Source: Bugula neritina (lineage: Eukaryota > Animalia > Bryozoa). Taken from it: a DNA stretch of 64,000 nucleotides. Under the pieces are notes generated by a model, which was not told the origin of the DNA, did no database searches, and worked only from the letters and a program-made list of their open reading frames with translations. Within the stretch, counting starts at the first letter, position 1, and each line of letters starts with the position of its first letter. The DNA lies in NCBI GenBank assembly GCA_964035545.1, contig OZ037768.1, forward strand, positions 2,202,741 through 2,266,740. The letters are read 5' to 3'. Made by a program: the position numbers and the translations under genes. Shown here one piece after another: positions 54,582 to 64,000 of the stretch.

Positions 54582-57500
54582 ATGGGTAAAAGGAAGCAAG
54601 GTTTTAACTCGGAGGCAAGACACAATAAGAAAGTCATAATAGACAACAGTGCTACTCACAAAGTAAGCTGATTAGGAGTTGTTGCTCCCTGTTTCATTTT
54701 AGATTACATATTAGTAGAAATCCTGTCAGCCATGTTGTTGTAACTGCAGATCCAAGTGGATGAGACACTTCTCACCAACTCAGACGGTTATGGAGCTGGT
54801 GAGGACTTGGTTTTGCCGTCTAAGAAACGAAAAACAGTTGTGGTTGCTGAGCCTCGGCCTAGGAAAAAAGCCTTGACCAAGAAGCAGAGACGCCAACTTG
54901 AGGGCGTTATAGAGCGCAAGAAGAAGAAGGAGAAGGTGTGTGCCTGTAGTACTAGTAGTCAATGAGTTGTTGACGAAGGAGTCTGCTGCTCTAAAGTGTT
55001 GTCTGCTCTATTTTAGAGGGCGGGGCTGCTGGAGGCACTGAGCAAAGTTCAAGTTCCTGAATCAGAACTTAAGCTAATGACAAGCACGCATGACATGCAT
55101 CACAAAAAGTCTAAGGCTAAGTAAGACATCCAATAATATTTTAGTTTACTTAAGGGTCTTCTATCACCTTTTGTATTGATAGGAAACGTGAGATTTCCAA
55201 TATAAACTCTATTCTAGTGAGATAAAATGATAACAGATAGAATATTTGGCTGTATATAATATATATATATATATAGAGTAGTTCTGATTTTATATGCCAT
55301 GGAAATTATGCTGTTACACATATCTATATTCAGGAAGTTCATTATCCTCCAAGCTTTTCAATAAAAAACAATGATTGTCTGCAAAACACCTCTAAAACGT
55401 CTTGGCTATGAGAAGATTTGTTTTTGAATGTAAATTTTGCAAATAAATTCCTCTATTCTTATTAGTATTAGCTATGATAAACTTGCACTATGAGTATATA
55501 TATTTTGTGTCTAAGTCTCATTACTTGATGTCTAAGTCTCATTACTTGATGTCTAAGTCTCGTTACTTGATGTCTAAGTCTCATTACTTGATGTCTAAGT
55601 CTCATTACTTGATGTCTAAGTCTCATAACTTGCTGTCTAAGTCTCATTACTTGATGTCTAAGTCTCATTACTTGATATCTAAGTTTCATTACTTGATGTC
55701 TAGGAGTAGCCAAAATCAGTTGGCTGTTGATGAGCCTACTGCCAGATCAGTGAACATCATAAAAGGTGCCAATAGAAAGCCCAAAAACCTTCAGGTATAT
55801 TTTATTCACATGTACTAATACTAGTAATATCAATAAGTTCTTCTTAGAATAAAAGTTTATGTGTATATGTTAAAGGTGAAAGTTTTGTCTACTTGTAAAG
55901 CTGTTTACGCAGAGTTCTGATAATGAAAACAGTCACTTGCTCACAGTATTAAAATTAGCACATTTCTCAAAATAGCCAGTGTCGTCGGAGAGTGAAAGTA
56001 GCGACTGTGAGATCACTTCCTCTGAAGAAGAGGAAATGGCAGATCCAGAAGTTCAGGAGTCTCCAACAGAGGCCCAGGAAGTAGAACAAGCAGACACACA
56101 GACTTCCGACCAGGTTAAGACTGAAGTTTCAACTGCAGATACTAAGAAAGGTTTGGTTTAACCCACTGCTATTCCAATAACAATTTCGTTTAAATCAGAC
56201 AACTCAAACTTGTTTTCTCTTGGCAATGGAATTGTCTGATAAATGTCAGAAATTGTTGAAATGGCTGAATTTATTTCTCGTTTGGATTTGTACATAATAA
56301 GGCAATATTTGGTTTTGGAATTTTTATTCTATTGTTTCTACAAGCATGTGAATGACAAACTTTCTCTTCATGTATTCATTTTTTATTATATATGTTTAGA
56401 ATCATCATTGGTTCCAGTAGAAAAGAAAGCAGCTTATCCTTCGCTTTTATCTCAATTGAAAGGTGGAGTTGTGGTGGAGAGAAATGAGCAGATTCAGGTG
56501 AGGAAATGGAGATAGGAGTTGTGTGCTCGGTATCATAGAACAAATAATTACATAAAAAGTAGCATCTCGTTAATATTCACTTGTTTCCATTTGAGGGGAA
56601 AACATCATTTTTCTGGTTTTTTACCAGTGCTACTTACCTGCATAAATATTTAAACCTTTACTTAAATATTTGTCAAAGACAGTTTTTTATTTATCAAATC
56701 TGTAGTTTCTTTTGTCTACTATTCTGTTATTTATAATAAGTTTATATAAAAAACGCAATTTCATGTAGAAAAAATCTATAGATTGTTTTATCTACTATTC
56801 TGTTATTCTCAACTTGTAGGCAGCAAGAGTAAAGCTGCCTATCCTAGGAGAGGAGCAGCAGATTATCGAGACCATCTCTGAGAACATGGTCACCATAATA
56901 TGTGGGGAGACGGGCTCTGGCAAGACTACGCAAGTGCCCCAGTTTCTCTACGAAGCAGGCTACACCAGGTACCTCAGTCTAAATACCTGTGCATTAGCAC
57001 ACCTGCATATCTGTAACATCTCTAACACTTGTGCACCTCTTTAACTCCTGTATTATCTGTCCCTCTCTTACTTATACTGTGTTCACAGGAGAGGTATGAG
57101 AGTTGTCTACTTTTAGTTAGAATTTTCTACTCTTTAATTTAGGCTAGTAGACTCCCTGCCACTGACCTATAGCTTAGTTGTGCTAATAGTATGTTGAATG
57201 ACTGTTACGGAAAAGCTCTGCAGTTTTTGCTGTAAAAGGCTGTGATCTGCTTTAGCGGTGGGTATCTTATCGGTATAACAGAGCCAAGGAGGGTAGCAGC
57301 AATGTCCATGTCTAAACGTGTAGCTGAAGAACTTGGGCTAACACAGGACGACGTCTCCTACCAGATAAGATATGAAGGGAACACAACTGCTAAAACTTGT
57401 ATTAAATTCATGACAGATGGAGTCTTGCTGAAGGAGATACAGAAGGTTTGTTTGTTTGTTGTTGTGAATTTGAGAATATGATTATAAGTAATGTGTAAGC

Positions 57501-60500
57501 ATACAGTAGACTATTGTACATAGGGGCTATAATATAGACTCTGGGGTGGTTCGCCATGTGGCATGTCACACATTTTTTTTTATTACCCATTCAACAGCAT
57601 CAGGGAAATAAGTTCAATGATAGTGCAGAACAATACTTCAAATATATACTTATAACTAGTAGTGAAAAATATTTCCCATATTGTATATCTAGCTTTCATA
57701 TCCTAGTCACTAGTGTGCGCTTTCTATACAAGACAAGTAGAGTCTGTCAATCTCACCTTTTCCATTTTTTCTACTAAAGGACTTCTTACTGGGAAAATAC
57801 AGAGCTGTGATTATTGATGAAGCTCACGAGAGAAGTGTCTATACAGATGTTCTGATTGGTCTACTCTCCAGGATTGTCTCCCTTCGTCATAAGGTAAGAA
57901 CCGATTTCAGTGTAACTGTACACCTGGTACATGTGTATCTGTCTACAGCTGTTTTGAGTTATACCAAGTACCTGTCTACAGCTGTCTTACTTATACCAAG
58001 TACCTGTCTACAGCTGCATTAAGTGATAATAAATAAATTTATAATTCATTACAAATATTTGCATGTTTTAATGTGCATAGAGTTGGTTGGCAGTGAAAGT
58101 CCAGTGTTTTACGTTCTCATAAGTTTATGTTTGATTAGTTGTTGTGATTTTAGAAAGGAAATCCCCTCAAACTGATAATAATGTCTGCAACACTTCGAGT
58201 GGAAGACTTCCGAGATAACAAAATGTTATTCCCTGAGCCCCCGCCTGTTCTCAAGGTGTGTTTACCTCAACAACATTTCATCTAGTTTTAGTTGGCCGTG
58301 AAATGCTGAGTGTATCTAAAAAGAGTTTAGTTGCATGTTTACTATGTAATATTATGTCAATTTCTTGAAGACCTGATTGTCTTGTTGGTATTTATTTGTA
58401 GGTGAATAAAGGACTTTTTACTTCATCAAATGGATAGACTTAATTTTATTGCTATCTTCATATTAAATTTATTTTTTGCAATTTCATGCTAAAATCAATT
58501 TTGAAAAAGAAACTTGCCCACCGATACAGTACTTGACTAAGATAATACTTTCTGCAGATTGACTCCAGACAGTTTCCTGTCACCGTTCACTTCAACAAGA
58601 GAACTCCCGAGGACTACCTGACTGAAACGTTCCGGAAAGTCTGTAAGATTCACCGCCAACTTCCTGCCGGCGGCATACTCGTCTTCGTTACTGGCAAACA
58701 GGAAGTTCATACGTTGTGCAGAAAACTCCAGAGGACATTTCCGTCTACGAAACCCAAACCTGATGGTAGAGTTCAGCTATTCTGTGAATTTTTTAAAATA
58801 ATTTTGAGTTCATTTGTTTCTTTTAATTTATCTGTTTCTGCTGAAAAGAGAGAAGTGTGTGTCATGCGGTGTTTGAAAACTCTGTGGGTATAGCTAATTA
58901 AAATTAAAATGCTGTTTATTTTTACTTTTTGTTTTAGAAGATGTACCTGAAGAAAAACCGACCAATGAGAAAGAAGCTCCACTTGCGAGAGAGAAACCTG
59001 TAACATTAGATGAGAAGCTACCCACCATAGAGCTGAACAGGTGGAGAATTCTTTCCTGGAAATGTTCTTGATTTGTTTTTAAGCTAATAAAGTATAAAGA
59101 GTTGCTCACACTGTATTTTGTAACTTTTCTTGTTAAACAATTCAGCCTCCGGTCTTAGTGTCAATTCTTAGCAGCTTGTAGCTGATTTCACAAATTGAAA
59201 CGCAATGCAAAATTAGATTAAATTTTTCCATGCAAATAATTAGCTCTTTGCACAAGGTGAGATATAATTTTAAGATTGTATATAACGCTACACCCTGAAG
59301 TATTGTAAATACACTTTTACCTACTGAGTTCTAAATTGTTAAGCTCTGTGTTATATGTATAGTTCTTAGTGCGTTTTATTCAGCTATTCAGCATTGCCTA
59401 TGGATGAACAAGCAGAGTTGATTGGTGAGCAGAATGACCTTGACATAGAAGATGAGTCAGAGGGATCTGATGCAGAAGAGGATATTCAATCTGACAAGGT
59501 ACACCGCCAAGGGTTTTCCTATGAGGAGAATTAGTTGTATTACACCCTACTATTTTAATATACTCTAATATCTTTATTTATTGTACTAACTGCTGTATTT
59601 AAAGTATTTTATTACTGCTCACGTTCTAATTAAGGTTTTTACACTAATTGTTGATTTTTTTGCTGAGAAAAAAACCTGCTCGAGCAGTTATTAAGCTCTC
59701 ATTTTTATAATCACAATCCTAGTAAGACTCCTACAGTTTCTGTACCAACACTGGGTCTGGGGGGATGCCTTTATGATGTCACCAATGACTCTACTAGGGT
59801 TTCATCTATCAGCATAATACAACACGTGTGTTCTACCAGCACTTCTACTAACTGGACCGTGTTTAGAGCAGCTGTGGTAGAATGCCTCATTGCCTTTCTC
59901 TCTATTGACCAGGTGTTTGACTACGAGCAGAGACAGGCAGATAGACAACTCCCGCTATACGTGCTGCCCCTCTACTCCCTCCTCAACACTAAGAGACAGG
60001 CTCTGGTGTTTGAACGTCCTCCAGAGGGATGCCGGCTCTGTGTCGTGTCGACCAATGTTGCCGAGACGTCCCTCACCATCCCCAACATTAAATATGTGGT
60101 GGACTCGGGCAAAGTAAGCTACAATCACTCAAACTCAAATATTACATGCATTGGATGTCAACTTTTTAAGCCTATGTTTTGTATATTTGGGAGGCACTTA
60201 GCAGCTTCTTTATCTGTTCAGTTGACATTCTAGCTAAGCTGAAAGTTAGCATTAGTCTTAGGCTCATAGCATAGGTAGGTATTATTGGAACACAGTTACA
60301 TTGTGTTTATAATTATTATGCATGTTGCCACATTATCCCCCCTTGTTTCATATAAAGTCTGTTTTTATAAGTTGGATATTATTGACAACATTGTCATTTC
60401 ATTTGCAGACGAAGAACAAATTTTATGATAAAGTGACTGGAGTCTCCACGTTTCGAGTGACCTTCACCTCACAGGCTTCAGCCAATCAAAGAGCTGGTCG

Positions 60501-63500
60501 TTCAGGAAGAACAGCTCCCGGTCACTGCTACAGGTTAGCTTGTCTCACTGAATAATGATGTATACATGTATCGTGCCATATCGTATCGTATCATACCACC
60601 TTGCAATTAGTACTGAGTTCATGTGGGAATAGTGAACGTACTAAAATTGCTAAAACACCAACATTTGAGCTTGTTAGTGTTTTTGATCCTAATTCTTGAT
60701 GCTAATTTATGTCTTTGTGTGTTTATTAAATACCAAAAAAATGCTAATATAATCTGTACAAAGGTAGGAGAAATGATATGCTGTCACAGATTGATACTAG
60801 CTGTCACAGATAGATACTGACTGTCACAGATAGATACTGACTGTCACAGATAGATACTGACTGTCACAGATAGATACTGACTGTCACAGATAGATACTGA
60901 CTGTCACAGATTGATGCTGACTGTCACAGATAGATACTGACTGTCACAGATAGATACTGACTGTCACAGATAGATACTGACTGTCACAGATTGATGCTGA
61001 CTGTCACAGATAGATACTGACTGTCACAGATTGATGCTGACTGTCACAGATAGATACTGACTGTCACAGATAGATACTGACTGTCACAGATAGATACTGA
61101 CTGTCACAGATTGATGCTGACTGTCACAGATAGATACTGACTGTCACAGATAGATACTGACTGTCACAGATTGATACTGACTGTCACAGATTGATACTGA
61201 CTGTCACAGATAGATACTGACTGTCACAGATTGATACTGACTGTCACAGATAGATACTGACTGTCACAGATAGATACTGACTGTCACAGATAAATACTGA
61301 CTGTCACAGATTGATACTGACTGTCACAGATAGATACTGACTGTCACAGATAGATACTGACTGTCACAGATATATACTGACTGTCACAGATTGATGCTGA
61401 CTGTCACAAATGGACTAATAAAATGCTGACACAGCACTACTATGAATTACCTCATGTAGTGTTTACACAAGTGGCTCCTGGCACCAATCAGCTGTGTGTA
61501 TGCTAGCATGGTGCCCTCCTTCACCTGCAAACACCACATTCAAGATATTCTCATCTGACTATTAGCAATAGTCGGGTGGGCTCTGCGGACTGCAGAGTAG
61601 CTGTTTAGTTGTAGATCTCAAGCTAAAGTGTAGCAGGAGGACCTTCAACTCACTGAGTATACTAGTTGATAGAGTTCTCTTTACTGTAGGATCTACTCGT
61701 CAAGTGTATTCAATGATGAGTTTGAGAAGTTTTCTGCCCCGGAGATTGTGAGTCGCCCAGTTGACGATCTCATATTGCAGATGAGTTCTATGGGCATCGA
61801 GAAAGTGATCAACTTTCCCTTTCCTACTCCACCATCTGACGAGAGTTTACTGGTGAGTTTTACTTGTGTTTACTCTGTATTACTTGTGATTACTCTGTAT
61901 TATTTGTGTTTACTCAGTATTACTTGTGTTTACTCTGTATTACTTGTGTTTACTCTGTATTACTTGTGTTTACTCTGTATTACTTGTGTTTACTCTGTAT
62001 TACTTGTGTTTACTCAGTATTACTTGTGTTTCCTCTGTATTACTTGTGTTTACTCTGTATTACTTGTGTATACTCTGTATTACTTGTGTTTACTCCAGGC
62101 AGCCCAAGACCTTCTCATAAAGCTCGGAGCCCTGAAGGTCACCAAAGGTCGATTCAGAAGAGCTATAAGTAAGTGACCCTCTTATCCTGACCCCTTATAC
62201 TGAACGCAAGTTTGTTTGTTTGTTTGTTTTATTTTGTCGTAGTTGGGGAAAAAAATTAATTGAAAAAAAATAAACAAAATGACAGGGCCTATGGCGCAAT
62301 AGCACTGTAGCTAGTCGAGGCACCGAGCCATGAATGGTTGACAGTTATATAAGATTTTTGTTTAGGTTTTTGGAAGTTTTAGCAACTCGAAGAGTTTTAT
62401 TTTTTTATCTGGAAATTTGCCATTAGGTGGTCTCTCAGGGCAAGTTCTGGTTGTTAGCTTTCTTAGCTGATATAAGTAAAATATACCTTTTAGAGTCTCA
62501 AGTCTCATAAATCCCCAGTATTCACAATTTATTTTGATTAAATTTTTGAGTTTCGGCATATTATTGATGTACGCTGAAACTTCAGCGCACTAGTGTATGT
62601 ATGTAGTGGTTGGTTGTGTGTAGTGGTTGGTTGTGTGTAGTGGTTGGTTGTGTGTAGTGGTTGGTTGTGTGTAGTGGTTGGTTGTGTGTAGTGGTTGGTT
62701 GTGTGTAGTGGTTGGTTGTATGTAGTGGTTGGCTGTGTGTAGTGGTTGGTTGTGTGTAGTGGTTGGTTGTGTGTAGTGGTTGGTTGTGTGAAGTGGTTGG
62801 TTGTGTGTAGTGGTTGGCTGTGTGTAGTGGTTGGCTGTGTGTAGTGGTTGGCTGTGTGTAGTGGTTGGCTGTGTGTAGTGGTTGGTTGTGTGTAGTGGTT
62901 GGTTGTGTGTAGTGGTAGTGTGTGGTTAATATTATGTTATATTTTCAGCTGATGAGGTCAGCACTCAAATAACGGACCTGGGGAAGACGATGGCACTGTT
63001 TCCTGTAGCTCCCCGATATGCCAGGATGTTAGCCTTGGCTCATCAAAAGGATCTGCTGGAGTATATTATAGCCATTGTGTCGGCCTGCTCTGTCCAGGAG
63101 CTTTTTGTGGAGGACAGTCTAAATTCAGCCTTAGAGGCAAGCACTCTCTATACGTACAATCTCAGTCTAATAGCTCTATTACAAGCTGGTTGAATTTATT
63201 TTAGCCCTTTTAAGCCGCGATAACTACTAAATGATGTAATCAACGCCGTTGTGGTTAAGCCAAGTACTTGGAAAAAAACACACAACTGAAATATGTGGCA
63301 TCATCTGCATGTTGCTAGGCAGCACACCTTGCCTAGCAACACATAAACACTCGTGAAATGTAATGTTTTGATATTTTGAAAAAAGTTTGCAGCCCAACAT
63401 GATAGGATTGAAAGTTAAAAAGCAGTAATATACGGTTGTGGGTAACTAAAAGGAAATAAAAAAAAAAAGATATAAAGTCATTTGCAGTTCATGCAATGTA

Positions 63501-63736
63501 TTTATTCCCTAGCTCTGCAGTCACAAGTGAATGGATGTGTTTGTGAGAAAACCACATTACAATACGCATAATACATTATTTTTGAGCTTCGTCTATAATA
63601 ATTCCATACCGAAACTGCTTTAATAATTCTCCACTAGGTTTTCTGTTTCCAACTTTCTCATTTGTTGATGTAGGATGGTGACATGTCCAAGATGGCTGCC
63701 CGAATAAACAAGCAGAAGACTCAGTGGGCAGGCCGG
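54582..63736 (+). CDS. DHX37: DEAH-box RNA helicase DHX37 (Dhr1), 5' portion; the gene continues beyond the window
   Basis: ATG at 54582 (MGKRKQGFN); [127 protein letters not shown]. Confidence 0.93.
55508..55703. repeat. 21-bp minisatellite GTCTAAGTCTCATTACTTGAT, about 9 copies, ending at a DHX37 acceptor
   Basis: Direct reading. Confidence 0.93.
60781..61408. repeat. 20-bp minisatellite CTGTCACAGATAGATACTGA, about 31 copies (DHX37 intron)
   Basis: Direct reading. Confidence 0.96.
61853..62098. repeat. 20-bp minisatellite TACTTGTGTTTACTCTGTAT, about 12 copies, forming an entire DHX37 intron
   Basis: Direct reading; GT at 61853, AG at 62097-62098. Confidence 0.93.
62603..62925. repeat. 17-bp minisatellite GTAGTGGTTGGTTGTGT, about 19 copies, just upstream of a DHX37 acceptor
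   Basis: Direct reading. Confidence 0.93.
63137..63673 (+). other. GC-AG intron in DHX37
   Basis: GAG|GCAAGC is a phase-0 donor joining [13 protein letters not shown]|[21 protein letters not shown]; nearby GT dinucleotides are out of phase. Confidence 0.65.
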
Positions 63737-64000
63737 GTATATATTCAATGTCAATAATATGCTTTCATTATTTTTATATTTGTAATTTTATTCTAACATG
63801 AGCAGTAGCTGAAAAGTGTTTTCGGTTATGCTAATTAAATTTTATAGACTGCATATTTGCTAAATGAAGAAACATCTGCTGTAGTCTCCCCTGTTTTGGT
63901 GCATTATTTCAAGTTTAGTATAGTTCTCTGTATTTAAGTGCAATACTTCAAATTCATACTATCAGGTGATGCAGAAATGTGTATTATAATAGAAATAGTT

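Noticed and set aside
62285-62345. tRNA/SINE-like head (TGGCGCAATAG, A-box-like)
   Set aside because: No B box or cloverleaf.

Overview
AT-rich, intron-dense metazoan genomic DNA; the species cannot be determined from sequence alone. I assembled six spliced protein-coding genes exon by exon. On the + strand: the 3' end of aminoacylase-1 (ACY1), DNA polymerase nu (POLN), a secreted protein with two discoidin (F5/8C) domains plus an F-type-lectin-like domain, and the 5' part of DEAH helicase DHX37. On the - strand: TYW1 and a long-tailed class I myosin (MYO1E/F), which sits head-to-head with DHX37. Most long ORFs in the supplied track are artefacts of intronic tandem repeats. The most striking pattern is a set of at least 15 mutually unrelated minisatellites, all inside introns and mostly anchored on a splice site. 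In several the repeat unit is a copy of the intron/exon junction itself, which creates ladders of about 4-35 decoy splice sites (TYW1, MYO1E x2, POLN), and one DHX37 intron is built entirely from its repeat. Also found: one U12-type intron, two GC-AG introns, a candidate 15-nt microexon, a 34-bp inverted repeat, and 3/6-bp-periodic sequence upstream of four genes.
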